Positions 54,809-63,837 of a DNA stretch of 64,000 nucleotides are shown in pieces. Under the pieces are notes generated by a model that saw nothing but the letters and a program-made list of their open reading frames with translations, ran no database searches and was not told where the DNA came from. The stretch is from Akkermansia muciniphila (GTDB lineage Bacteria > Verrucomicrobiota > Verrucomicrobiia > Limisphaerales > SIAT01), in contig CAMDJP010000005.1 of assembly GCA_945900775.1 (NCBI GenBank), positions 20,167 to 84,166 of the forward strand, read 5' to 3'. Every line of letters starts with the position of its first letter. Position 1 is the stretch's first letter. The translations under genes were made by a program, and so were the position numbers.

Positions 54809-55684
54809 GTGAGGATTGACGACGTAGCCCATCCGCTGCTGCCTTTGCCCTCTGGGCGCGAACGGGCCGCACTGCTAAAGCTGCTGGTCGACGAGGATGG
54901 GGCCGTCTACCAGACTATTCGCGCCCGCATTTTATCCTATGGGCCGGAGGTGGGCGAATGGTTGCGCGAACATCGCTTGAGCGACGACCCGCGGCTGCGC
55001 GGGCGTGTCACGGAGATTCTCGATCATTTCGGCCGGCGCGCGGCGGACAGTCGTTTCCTCGGCTTTTGCCTGCGCCACGGCGAAAATCTGGACTTGGAAG
55101 AAGGCTGCTGGCTCCTTGCTCGGACGCGATATCCCGAGATCAACGTGGTAGCCTACAGCGCGTTGATTGACGAGTTCGCGGAAACTTTGCGCGAAAAAGT
55201 GTCGCTAAGCGACGAGCCGCAGGCGGTTATCGCCACAATCAATGAGTTGCTCTTCGGACGACTCGGTTTCGTCGGCGACGAGAAGAATTATTACGACCCA
55301 GAGAACAGTTACCTCAACCGCGTGCTCGATCGGCGGACAGGCAACCCGCTTCTAATGTGCACAATCTATCTCGGTGTGGCGCGGCGTCTGCGGTTGCCTA
55401 TCGCGGGCATTGGCCTGCCGGGACATTTTCTTTGCCGCTACCAAACGCCAGTCCGCGAGTTGTACATCGACGCATTCGGTGGCGGTCGGGTGCTGACGAA
55501 GGTCGACTGCGTGAAGTATCTGCAGCAGATCGGCTATGAATTTCACGAGGCGTTTCTGGTGCCGGCCAGTCCGCGCCGCATGCTGCTGCGCATGTGCTCG
55601 AACCTCCAGCAGGTCTACACGCGGCTGAACGAGAAGGAGCTCGCGACCGCAATGCAGGGTTACATCGTCGCGCTAACGAAGTGA
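54809..55684 (+). CDS. Transglutaminase-like / SirB1 (UPF0162)-family protein
   Basis: 291 aa with a GTG start. The central block YYDPENSYLNRVLDRRTGNPLLMCTIYLGVARRLRLPIAGIGLPGHFLCRY is typical of the SirB1 N-terminal transglutaminase-like domain. Confidence 0.7.
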   Translation: MRIDDVAHPLLPLPSGRERAALLKLLVDEDGAVYQTIRARILSYGPEVGEWLREHRLSDDPRLRGRVTEILDHFGRRAADSRFLGFCLRHGENLDLEEGCWLLARTRYPEINVVAYSALIDEFAETLREKVSLSDEPQAVIATINELLFGRLGFVGDEKNYYDPENSYLNRVLDRRTGNPLLMCTIYLGVARRLRLPIAGIGLPGHFLCRYQTPVRELYIDAFGGGRVLTKVDCVKYLQQIGYEFHEAFLVPASPRRMLLRMCSNLQQVYTRLNEKELATAMQGYIVALTK

Positions 55685-55690
55685 GGGGGG

Positions 55691-56410
55691 CTACTTCTTC
55701 GGCGGAGCGTTAGTAGCCGGAGGCAATACTGGGGCGACTTCTGCTGGGGCCTTTGTCGAGAGGAACGTTGCGTCCACAATCTCACCGGGAAGAATCGTGA
55801 GGCCATCCGGAACGCTGATGAAAATCGGCAGGCCGAGTTCGTCGAGGTCGTGGTGTGCCGGCAAAAGCGATTTGCGGATGGGTACGAGTTCAGTGCCTAT
55901 TCTTGTGACGCGGGCGAGCGAGGTTTTCTGGCCAAGGGAACGGGAACGAATCCGCACCTGTGTGTTGGTCTCCACCGTGACCGAGAGGGGTTGTCGGAGG
56001 AAGGCGATGATGCGATCCGCTTTCGGGGCGTTGATAGTGAGCAGGTGCTGGCCGGGTTGGACGAATTCACCCGGTTGGAGGTTCACAATGCTTACGGTGC
56101 CTTTGATCGGCGCCTTGATGTCGATCGGAGTGTTCGCACCGGAGAGGAAAATCTGCCCGAGCACTTGGCCTTGGGCGACTTCGGTGAGGTCGCGGGCGCT
56201 CATTTGAGCCACGATACCGGCGCCGGGGGAGGTGAGACGGACCTTAATGGTATCGACTTCAGCCGCTACGATGGCTGTCCCAAAACGCTGGCTCCAGAGC
56301 ACGAGGACGAAGATCAGCGCCACGCCGAAGAAGATGAACGGGAGGAAACGGATGGCTAGGTCGCGCATCCGGTTCAAGGACGGCGTCGGAATCGGTTCGT
56401 ATTGACTCAT
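55691..56410 (-). CDS. HlyD-family membrane-fusion-like protein (short, no coiled-coil hairpin)
   Basis: 239 aa. It has one N-terminal TM helix, biotinyl/lipoyl-like hairpin halves (GIVAQMSARDLTEVAQGQVLGQI ... APIKGTVSIVNLQPGEFVQPGQHLLTI), and a beta-barrel-like C-terminal part. No transporter gene is adjacent. Confidence 0.6.
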   Translation of the reverse strand: MSQYEPIPTPSLNRMRDLAIRFLPFIFFGVALIFVLVLWSQRFGTAIVAAEVDTIKVRLTSPGAGIVAQMSARDLTEVAQGQVLGQIFLSGANTPIDIKAPIKGTVSIVNLQPGEFVQPGQHLLTINAPKADRIIAFLRQPLSVTVETNTQVRIRSRSLGQKTSLARVTRIGTELVPIRKSLLPAHHDLDELGLPIFISVPDGLTILPGEIVDATFLSTKAPAEVAPVLPPATNAPPKK

Positions 56411-56548
56411 CGCACGCAGTCTTTTTCACGGATACGCCGCCGGTGCAAGCACGAAACGTTCGCCAGCAATTTTAAAATGATTTGTTAAATTTTTGTTTCA
56501 CTCGAGCGTCATTAAAAACTACTTTGGGAAAGTAATTAGTCAACAGAG

Positions 56549-57355
56549 ATGGCCCAAGACCACCACATCCAGGCGCAGCGCTTCGAACTGAAGTACATCA
56601 TCAGCGAAGAGACGGCCCTGCGCGTTCGTGACTTTATCCGCTCGTATCTCGAGCTTGACGATTATGGCGTGGGCCGCCCCCACAATTCCTATCCCGTCCA
56701 CAGTCTCTATCTCGACTCCGAACAGATGCGACTCTACTGGGAGACGGTCAATGGCAATAAGAACCGTTATAAGCTTCGGCTGCGGTTCTACCAGGATGAT
56801 CCCGAGGCGCCGGTGTTCTTCGAAATCAAGCGCCGCGAGAACGATGCCATCCTCAAACAGCGCGCTGGCGTGCGTCGTGAAGCCGTGGACTGGGTGTTGC
56901 GCGGTCATCTGCCGCCGGCTGGTTACCTCGTCTCGAACGACAACAAGACGCTCGCCGCTGTGCAGCGGTTCAGCAAACTGCTCAAGCAGACCGATGCCGT
57001 CCCCAAGGCGCACGTGGCCTATCTGCGCGAGGCGTGGGTGCACCCCGACAACAATTCCCTGCGAGTGACGATGGACCGCGAGGTGCGTTGCGGAGTCGAG
57101 ACCGCCGCGCGGCTTGTGGCGGAGATGGATAAGTCCGTAACGGTCTTCGGCAAGAGCGTCGTGCTCGAGGTGAAGTTCACCGAGCGTTTCCCGAGATGGT
57201 TCGGCGAAATGGCGCGTGTGTTTGGCTTCAAGCAGTGTTCCGCTGCGAAGTACGTGGATGGCGTCACGCTGTTGGGCGATGGTCATTTCCAATCCAGCGT
57301 GGTCCGGCGACGCAAGATGGAAACTCTCGATTCAGCAATTAAGGCATACCTATGA
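56549..57355 (+). CDS. VTC-domain protein (Vtc4-like polyphosphate polymerase / triphosphate-tunnel fold)
   Basis: 268 aa. N-terminal RFELKYII and later FEIKRRENDAILKQR, LRVTMDRE and VLEVKF strands fit the alternating charged beta-strands of the VTC/CYTH tunnel. Confidence 0.75.
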   Translation: MAQDHHIQAQRFELKYIISEETALRVRDFIRSYLELDDYGVGRPHNSYPVHSLYLDSEQMRLYWETVNGNKNRYKLRLRFYQDDPEAPVFFEIKRRENDAILKQRAGVRREAVDWVLRGHLPPAGYLVSNDNKTLAAVQRFSKLLKQTDAVPKAHVAYLREAWVHPDNNSLRVTMDREVRCGVETAARLVAEMDKSVTVFGKSVVLEVKFTERFPRWFGEMARVFGFKQCSAAKYVDGVTLLGDGHFQSSVVRRRKMETLDSAIKAYL

Positions 57356-58041
57356 ATGAATGGTTTCTCTTCCGCGGCGATTACGGGATGGGTCCCTCCA
57401 ACCTGCAGGCCCTCGTCCTCGGCGCGGTGCTCGCCTTCCTACTCGGCCAGACGATGGCTTGGGTGTACATGATCACGCACGCTGGCCTTTCCTACTCGCG
57501 CTCGTTTGTCTCCTCGCTGGTCGTCACGCCGATGGTTGTGACCACTGTGATGGCTGTGCTGGCGAACAACATGATTACCGCCTTCGGGTTGATGGCGGTG
57601 TTCGCTATCGTTCGGTTCCGGAACATCCTGCGCGACACGCTCGACACCTCCTACGTACTCGTCTCCATCGTCATCGGGATGGCCTGTGGCACGCAGAAAT
57701 TCTCCACCGCCGTTATCGGCGTCGCGCTCGTCTGCTGCGTGCTGATCTATCTCTGGTTCACCTCGTTTGGCAGTCGGCACCGTTATGACCTAATCCTGAA
57801 CCTGCAATGGTCGCGCTCGATAGAGGAGTTGCGCGAGTTGCGGGATTTGCTGGATCGCCATAGCCGTAGCATTCAACTCGCCAGCCAGCGCACTCATGAA
57901 GGTTATCAAGCGGTGGATGTTTCCTATCGTCTGTTGATGCGCGATCCGACGCGCGCCAGCGAATTGATGGCTGAGCTTCAGGAACTGACCGGTGTGACCC
58001 ACGTCACCACGATGAAAGCTGAGGACGAGTCGGAGCTGTAA
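57352..58041 (+). CDS. DUF4956-family polytopic membrane protein
   Basis: 229 aa, about four hydrophobic helices, the conserved FAIVRFRNILRDTLDTSY segment, and a soluble C-terminal tail of about 90 aa. The start overlaps the VTC gene stop (ATGA, 57352-57355). Confidence 0.7.
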   Translation: MNEWFLFRGDYGMGPSNLQALVLGAVLAFLLGQTMAWVYMITHAGLSYSRSFVSSLVVTPMVVTTVMAVLANNMITAFGLMAVFAIVRFRNILRDTLDTSYVLVSIVIGMACGTQKFSTAVIGVALVCCVLIYLWFTSFGSRHRYDLILNLQWSRSIEELRELRDLLDRHSRSIQLASQRTHEGYQAVDVSYRLLMRDPTRASELMAELQELTGVTHVTTMKAEDESEL

Positions 58042-58064
58042 CAGCTCCTCGGCAATTTTCACAA

Positions 58065-58102
58065 AGCAAAAGCCGCCGGACATCCGGCGGCTTTGCTGTT
58101 TC
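58065..58102. terminator. Bidirectional hairpin terminator between convergent genes
   Basis: A 15-16 bp stem AGCAAAAGCCGCCGGA/TCCGGCGGCTTTGCT with T-rich flanks on both strands, between the DUF4956 gene (+) and the heme-protein gene (-). Confidence 0.75.
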
Positions 58103-58137
58103 TAAAGTAAGAGCGAACCGACTTCACAGCGATAGCG

Positions 58138-60723
58138 TCACTTCAGCTTAGAAAGCTCCTCGTTAGTCCAAGCTGACTCACGCCCAGCGGTGGCGGTGCG
58201 AACCTTCTTCACGAAGTCGGGTGTGACGGGGTCATAGGGATGCTCCCATTCGCGACGGATGTAGGTGAGCACCGCGGCGAGGGTTTCATCGTCGAAGGTG
58301 CCATGGCCGGGCATATCCATGTCCCATTTGCGGCCCTGCACGGTGATTGGCCCACCGATGCCATGCAGAAGAATACGAGCAAGCTTCTCGGTCGAGCCGC
58401 CGACCCATTCGGAATCATTCAACGGCGGGGCCATGCCGTCTTGCCCGTAGCCGTGCAACTGATGGCACGCGGCGCAAGTGGCTTCGTAGGCGGCCTTGCC
58501 GGTGACGAAAAGTTTCTGCTCGCCATCGGTGAGCGGGCGAACGACCGGAAATACGACGCCGGGTTTGCCGGGCCAGATGAGCAACTGATCGAGCTTCTTG
58601 GCGGCGGTCTGGATGGCCTTGTCGGTCGATTTTTCTAACGCGGTGAGCGCGGGCGGCGCGGCAGGAAGCTTTACGAGTTTCACGCGCGGCGCCGGTTGTC
58701 CTTTGGGAACGACCGCGCCAGGAACATTCAAGCTGGCAAGGACGGCGAGCGTCTGCCATTGGGGCGTGGAATTATCGGCGATTTTCTCGAGCAGACGATT
58801 CACGTTCGCGGACTTGGCCTGTTGGAAGATCGATTTTCCTAACGCGCCAATGAAGGCGTCGCCGCCAGCAAATTTCTGCTTCCACGCCTGATTTTCGAAC
58901 ACGCGATCGAGAATGTTCGCCTCGCGCAGGGAGAGGCCGCTGATGAGCGCGTCGCGGATAAGGCCGTTGGTGCCGGCATTTTTTAGGAGCGTCATCATTG
59001 CAACTTCGGCGGAGGGATCGTTGATTTCGCCGAGCGTGAAAGCGAGTTGCACTTGGATGTTCAAATCCTTGGACATTGCGAGGGCCGTAAGCTTGGGCAG
59101 GAGTTTTTCCTTATCGGTCTTGAGCGAAGGTTCGCTCAGACGGATGGCAGCGGCGCGAATCTTCGTATCCGTATCTTTCTCGATCACATTTGCCAGTGTG
59201 GCGGCATCAAGTTGACCGATGCCTTCGAGCGTCCAGAGCGCGTGGAGACGGGTGAGGGGATTGGCGTGCTGCAGCGCCAGCGTTTTCAGTGGCGCGATGA
59301 CGGAGGCAGGAGATTTCTCGACGAGCAACCGCTGCGCGGTGTCACGCCACCAGCCGTTCGAATGCGCGAGCGTATTGACGAGGTCAGCAGGAGCGGCGTT
59401 AGCGAGCTGGGGCTTCGGGCCGGGGGGCTTGCCGGTGTGGACAATGCGGTAAATGCGGCCGCGGCGGATGACCTTGTCGAGGCCGCGGTCCTCCGCCTGC
59501 TTGCGCAGGTAACTCGTGAGGAAGACGCGGTGTTGCACGACACCGTGGTACATATCTACGAGATAGAGGCAGCCATCGGGGCCGGTGTAGGCGTTCATGG
59601 GACGAAAAAGTTCGTCCGTGGAAGTAAGGAACTCCGCTTCTTTGTAAGGGTTCGTCCCAGAGATTTCACCAGATTTCTCCGTGAGAACCATGCGGCGAAC
59701 CATGTTGCCAGCGGGCTCGGGGATGAAGGCGTTGCCGTAGAATTCCGCAGGGAAATTATCGCCGCGATAGATGACCGGTCCGCAGGTGGCGGTGTATTTG
59801 TTGAGCGTGCCGTCGGGTTTGAGCGTAACTGGTTGATAGCCGCGGTTCACGCCGGGATTCACGCGCCCGGGCCAGACCGTTTGGTCCTTCATCGGCTGCT
59901 GGTTGAGGCCGGCGGTGGAGCGGAAGAGCGGGTTGCGGAAGTAATACTCGCTGGGCACGTAGTCGGTGCGGAGCTGGTCGGAATTGGAATTGTAGAACGG
60001 CCGGCCCCAATCATCCATCGTCATCCCCCACTGACCGCGGAAGGTGGTGGGAAGGCGTTTCCATTCCTCGTCCACGCGCCGGTAGCGGAAGGTGTGGTTC
60101 GCGGAAATGATCCAGTTGTTCATGAGCCACGTGGGGCTGTTACCCGTGTGCTCAGGATTCTTGATGGCGGCCGGCGCGTAGTTCTTGTCCACCAACACCC
60201 GTTTGCCGGGCTTCAGACCGGGCTCGATGGGGAACCACCAGAGCGTCGTCGCTTCGCAGACGAGAAGCCCGCCGTAGGCGAGGCAGAGAGCGCGCGGCAG
60301 AACGAGCTTGTCGAGGAAGACGGTCTTCTTGTCCATCTTGCCATCGCCGTCGGTATCCTCGAGGACCGAAATACGGTTGATGGGATCGGTCTCTCCCGCA
60401 GCATCCGGGGTGGCCATGTAGCTGGGCATTTCGGCAATCCAAATCCGGCCATCGGCGTCCCACTGCATTGCGACCGGCGTCTCGATGAGCGGATCCGCGG
60501 CGACGACTTCGATGCGGAAGCCGGGTGGGAGCTTGAAGGTTTTCAGCGCGTCGGCGGGTGCGAGCGGCGGGTTGGCGGGAATTTTTTCCTTCGGCACGCG
60601 CGACTCTTGTTTCTCACCCGCCTTATCGCCCGACTGGGCGTGGGCGAGGGAGGCGGTGAGGCAGAGCGCGACGAGGAGACGGGGCAGTATGGTTTTCACG
60701 TTCAAAAAAATTGTGACAATCAA
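58138..60723 (-). CDS. PVC-type heme-binding CxxCH protein (membrane-bound dehydrogenase-like beta-propeller + HEAT repeats + C-terminal cytochrome c)
   Basis: 861 aa. Signal peptide, an N-terminal DGRIWIAEMPSY-type propeller region, a central HEAT-like region (RLHALWTLEG..., IRAAAIRL), and the C-terminal heme motif CAACHQLHG. This architecture is typical of Planctomycetes and Verrucomicrobia. Confidence 0.8.
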   Translation of the reverse strand: MIVTIFLNVKTILPRLLVALCLTASLAHAQSGDKAGEKQESRVPKEKIPANPPLAPADALKTFKLPPGFRIEVVAADPLIETPVAMQWDADGRIWIAEMPSYMATPDAAGETDPINRISVLEDTDGDGKMDKKTVFLDKLVLPRALCLAYGGLLVCEATTLWWFPIEPGLKPGKRVLVDKNYAPAAIKNPEHTGNSPTWLMNNWIISANHTFRYRRVDEEWKRLPTTFRGQWGMTMDDWGRPFYNSNSDQLRTDYVPSEYYFRNPLFRSTAGLNQQPMKDQTVWPGRVNPGVNRGYQPVTLKPDGTLNKYTATCGPVIYRGDNFPAEFYGNAFIPEPAGNMVRRMVLTEKSGEISGTNPYKEAEFLTSTDELFRPMNAYTGPDGCLYLVDMYHGVVQHRVFLTSYLRKQAEDRGLDKVIRRGRIYRIVHTGKPPGPKPQLANAAPADLVNTLAHSNGWWRDTAQRLLVEKSPASVIAPLKTLALQHANPLTRLHALWTLEGIGQLDAATLANVIEKDTDTKIRAAAIRLSEPSLKTDKEKLLPKLTALAMSKDLNIQVQLAFTLGEINDPSAEVAMMTLLKNAGTNGLIRDALISGLSLREANILDRVFENQAWKQKFAGGDAFIGALGKSIFQQAKSANVNRLLEKIADNSTPQWQTLAVLASLNVPGAVVPKGQPAPRVKLVKLPAAPPALTALEKSTDKAIQTAAKKLDQLLIWPGKPGVVFPVVRPLTDGEQKLFVTGKAAYEATCAACHQLHGYGQDGMAPPLNDSEWVGGSTEKLARILLHGIGGPITVQGRKWDMDMPGHGTFDDETLAAVLTYIRREWEHPYDPVTPDFVKKVRTATAGRESAWTNEELSKLK

Positions 60724-60810
60724 TCACCACTTGGACAACGGACGAAGTCATCTTATTTCATTAGATTCATAATAGAATGGATAAGCAAACTGTGATTCTA
60801 AGAAAAAAGA

Positions 60811-60885
60811 TGGCTCCAGAGGAAGGACTTGAACCTTCAACCACACGGTTAACAGCCGCGTGCTCTACCATTGAGCTACTCTGGA
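60811..60885 (-). tRNA. tRNA-Asn (anticodon GUU), CCA encoded
   Basis: Manual cloverleaf on the minus strand: acceptor TCCAGAG/CTCTGGA, D arm GCTC-AATGGTA-GAGC, anticodon arm CGCGG-CTGTTAA-CCGTG, T arm GAAGG-TTCAAGT-CCTTC, discriminator G, CCA. Confidence 0.9.
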
Positions 60886-60984
60886 ACACAGAGGGCGGCG
60901 AGATTACGAGTCCGCTGCGCGTGCGTCAACCTTTTTGCCGCTTCGAGGGGTGAGGAATTTTTCACCCGGAATGATTCAGGGTGG

Positions 60985-61413
60985 TCAGCCGTAACGATAT
61001 GGTTTGGATAACACAAAAGTGTTCGGCAAATGGCGGACTTCGTCGACTGCGTTGTCTGCCAGTAGCACCTCGACGATATCGAAGCGGATTTTCGTCGTCG
61101 GATAACGGAGTTGGCGAAGATAGTCGAGCGCGGTCTGCGAGAGGCGGCGGCGTTTGGCGGCGTTCACAGCGGCGGCAGGGCGTGTCCACCCTTCACTCGA
61201 TCGTGTTTTTACTTCAACGAACACGAGGCAATCACCGTCGCAAAAGACGAGGTCAATCTCGCCACTCCGCGATTTGAAATTTGCGGTGAGAAATTTGAGG
61301 CCGAGCGAACGCAGGTGGCGTTTCGCTGCGCGCTCGCCGAGTTCGCCGCGTTGCAGATGTACCGGTTTCGGTTTTCCGGTCACGACCGCTGCAAGCCGTT
61401 GCCAGAGGTTCAT
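60985..61413 (-). CDS. YraN-family (UPF0102) endonuclease-like protein
   Basis: 142 aa. The core GELGERAAKRHL...GEIDLVF...LVFVEVKTR is characteristic of YraN. It lies downstream of rnhB, as in many bacteria. Confidence 0.8.
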   Translation of the reverse strand: MNLWQRLAAVVTGKPKPVHLQRGELGERAAKRHLRSLGLKFLTANFKSRSGEIDLVFCDGDCLVFVEVKTRSSEGWTRPAAAVNAAKRRRLSQTALDYLRQLRYPTTKIRFDIVEVLLADNAVDEVRHLPNTFVLSKPYRYG

Positions 61414-61418
61414 CTTGC

Positions 61419-62081
61419 TCAGAAGAGTTCGGCCTGCACCGGCTTGAGCGGCGCGAAGCTGCGACGGTGGATAGGACAGGGCCCGTGGCGTGCGATCGCC
61501 GCGAGATGCGCCAGCGTGCCGTAGCCTTTGTGTTCAGCAAAACCGTACCCGGGAAAATCATCGGCATAACGCAGCATGAGTCGGTCGCGCGTGACCTTGG
61601 CGAGCACGCTGGCGGCAGCAATCGAGTAACTGCGCGCATCGCCTTTCACGAGTGGCGTCTGCGGAAAGTACAGCGACTTCACACGCGTGCCATCCACCAA
61701 TACGTGTGCCGGGGCAGGGGAAAGCTGCGCGAGCGCTTCGTTCATCGCGCGATGAGTTGCCTGTAGGATATTAATGGCATCGATGACGCTCGCCTCGATA
61801 ATCGCGATGCCGTGGCGAATGGCCGGGTTCTCTGTAAGTGCCGTGAAGAAACGTTCCCGCTGTGATTCAGTGAGTTGTTTGGAGTCATTCAACCCTTCCA
61901 GTTCGCGTGGCAGACCGGTGCGAATCCATTCTGCGGGAAATATCACGGCTGCTGCACTGACAGGGCCGGCGAGCGGGCCGCGTCCAGCCTCATCCACGCC
62001 GGCAATCGTAGCGGCTCCCTTACCGAGCAGAGCACGTTCGAACTCGAAGCGGTCGGTCGCTTTGGTTGCGTTTCGCGGCAC
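61419..62081 (-). CDS. rnhB: Ribonuclease HII
   Basis: 220 aa. Catalytic motifs GVDEAGRGPLAGPV, DSKQL and GYGFAEHKGYGT. Confidence 0.9.
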   Translation of the reverse strand: MPRNATKATDRFEFERALLGKGAATIAGVDEAGRGPLAGPVSAAAVIFPAEWIRTGLPRELEGLNDSKQLTESQRERFFTALTENPAIRHGIAIIEASVIDAINILQATHRAMNEALAQLSPAPAHVLVDGTRVKSLYFPQTPLVKGDARSYSIAAASVLAKVTRDRLMLRYADDFPGYGFAEHKGYGTLAHLAAIARHGPCPIHRRSFAPLKPVQAELF

Positions 62082-62144
62082 GGGCGACGTTCGCGCTGAG
62101 ATGAAGAAAAATCAAGTCGGCGTCGAAGCGCGGGCATTGCGGAC

Positions 62145-62178
62145 AAAAGAAAAGCGAGGCCCTTGGGCCTCGCTTTTT
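62145..62178 (-). terminator. Rho-independent terminator after rplS
   Basis: Stem GCGAGGCC/GGCCTCGC with T-runs on both strands (minus strand: ...GCTTTTCTTTTG). Confidence 0.8.
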
Positions 62179-62205
62179 GAAAGGGTCTAGTTGGTGAACG
62201 GCGCC

Positions 62206-62577
62206 TTACTTCTTGGCGGCTACTCGCGTTTCCTTCTCCTTCACGGCGGTGGCGCCCTTGCCGAGACGGCCGCGGAGGTAGGTGAGCTTGGCGCGACGGA
62301 CGGAGCCCTTGCGATCAACTTCCACCTTATCAACGCGCGGTGAGTGGGTCGGGAAAATGCGCTCGACGCCTTCGCCGTAGCTGATGCGGCGGACGGTGAA
62401 GGTGGCGTTCAGCCCATGTCCACGGCGGCCCATGACAACGCCGGTGAAGACCTGGATGCGCTCCTTGTCGCCTTCGACGACCTTGGTGTGCACCTTCACG
62501 GTATCGCCCACCGCGAAGTTCGTCTTGTCCTTGCGGTATTGTTCCGACTCGATTTTGTCCAATAGTACCTGGTTCAT
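62206..62577 (-). CDS. rplS: 50S ribosomal protein L19
   Basis: 123 aa. [28 protein letters not shown] and the RRAKLYYLR-like tail are present. Confidence 0.95.
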   Translation of the reverse strand: MNQVLLDKIESEQYRKDKTNFAVGDTVKVHTKVVEGDKERIQVFTGVVMGRRGHGLNATFTVRRISYGEGVERIFPTHSPRVDKVEVDRKGSVRRAKLTYLRGRLGKGATAVKEKETRVAAKK

Positions 62578-62584
62578 AAATTGT

Positions 62585-63295
62585 TCACTTCGTTTTGGCG
62601 GGTTTACCGCCGTTTTCTTTCTTCTCCAACAAATCTGGCCGCACCTCCGCGGTGCGGGCGAGCGCTTGTTCGCGCCGCCATTTCTCGATCTCGGCGTGGT
62701 TGCCGGAGAGCAACACCTCGGGCACCTTCATCTCACGGAACTCCGCCGGCCGCGTGTAGTGCGGATATTCCAGCAAACCGTGGCTGAAAGACTCGTCGTG
62801 CGCGCTGCCGTCGTCGCCCAGCACACCGGGGAGCAAGCGGGCGACGGTGTCGATAATCACCATCGCCGGCAAATTACCGTTGGTCAGCACGTAATCGCCG
62901 ATGGACAACTCATCGTCCACCAACGTCTCGCGCACCCGCTCGTCCACACCCTCGTAGCTGGCGCAGATGAAGAGCAAGCTCTCGTGCTGCACCAATTCGC
63001 GCGCGATTGATTGGTCGAACTTCCGACCCGCCGGTCCGAGCAACACCACACGGGTTTGGTCGGTCACCAGACTTTCCACTGCCTCAAAGATCGGTTCGGG
63101 TTTCAGCAACATTCCCGGTCCGCCGCCGAATGGACGATCGTCCACCGTGCGATGCCGGTCATGAGTCCAATCCCGCAAATTGTGTATCCGCAACACCAAC
63201 CGGCCTGCCTCGCGTGCGCGGCGGATGATGCTCTCATCGAGCGGTCCCGTAAACATCTCGGGAAACAGGGTGAGTACATCAATCTTCATGCCCAC
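62585..63295 (-). CDS. trmD: tRNA (guanine37-N1)-methyltransferase
   Basis: 236 aa. [32 protein letters not shown] and YTRP motifs are present. Confidence 0.95.
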   Translation of the reverse strand: MGMKIDVLTLFPEMFTGPLDESIIRRAREAGRLVLRIHNLRDWTHDRHRTVDDRPFGGGPGMLLKPEPIFEAVESLVTDQTRVVLLGPAGRKFDQSIARELVQHESLLFICASYEGVDERVRETLVDDELSIGDYVLTNGNLPAMVIIDTVARLLPGVLGDDGSAHDESFSHGLLEYPHYTRPAEFREMKVPEVLLSGNHAEIEKWRREQALARTAEVRPDLLEKKENGGKPAKTK

Positions 63296-63328
63296 ACTGG
63301 CGGACGCCGCTCGTGCGTCCGCTAAAAT

Positions 63329-63574
63329 TCAATGCTGCGCGTCGTCCTCGACAATCTCCACGGTCGCGCGCTTGCCCTGCTTGGCGCCGCCCACCTGCAC
63401 GAGCGCGCGGATGGCCTGGATGGTCGCGCCTTTGCGGCCGATGATCTTGCCGACATCGTCCGGCGCGAGCCGTAGCTCATACACCGTCTGTCCGCCGTTC
63501 TCGACGGGGGTCACGGTGACGGCCTCGGGATGGTCCACCAACCCCTTGACCACGTATTCGACAAAGGCCTGCAT
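63329..63574 (-). CDS. KH-domain RNA-binding protein (YlqC/UPF0109-like)
   Basis: 81 aa with a GKIIGRKG (GxxG) KH motif, in the conserved position between rpsP and trmD. Confidence 0.8.
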   Translation of the reverse strand: MQAFVEYVVKGLVDHPEAVTVTPVENGGQTVYELRLAPDDVGKIIGRKGATIQAIRALVQVGGAKQGKRATVEIVEDDAQH

Positions 63575-63588
63575 AAAGCCTCAGCGAA

Positions 63589-63837
63589 TTACTTCGCGGC
63601 GCGCTTGGCCTTGCGCAAAAAACTAGCGACCGTGTCGCTCGGCTGCGCACCCTTGCTGATCCAGTAGTCGGCGCGGGCGACGTCGATCTTCATATTATCG
63701 CCCTTCATCAGCGGCTGGTAGGTGCCGATTTCCTCGATGAACTTGCCGTCACGCGGGCTGCGACCATTGGCCACCACCACGCGGTACACCGGCGTGTTCT
63801 TCGTGCCGATTCGTTTCAGACGTATTTTGACTGACAT
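63589..63837 (-). CDS. rpsP: 30S ribosomal protein S16
   Basis: 82 aa. The N-terminus [23 protein letters not shown] is diagnostic. Confidence 0.95.
   Translation of the reverse strand: MSVKIRLKRIGTKNTPVYRVVVANGRSPRDGKFIEEIGTYQPLMKGDNMKIDVARADYWISKGAQPSDTVASFLRKAKRAAK

Noticed and set aside
59047-60795. 582-aa plus-strand ORF antisense to the PVC heme-binding protein gene. Also 27495-28703(-), 29354-30109(-), 51260-52321(+), 52823-53662(+) and 53909-54691(+).
   Set aside because: The opposite strands encode proteins with clear motifs (CxxCH cytochrome/HEAT, SBBP repeats, HemL, GltB). The antisense translations are Arg/Gly/Val/Glu-rich and lack motifs.
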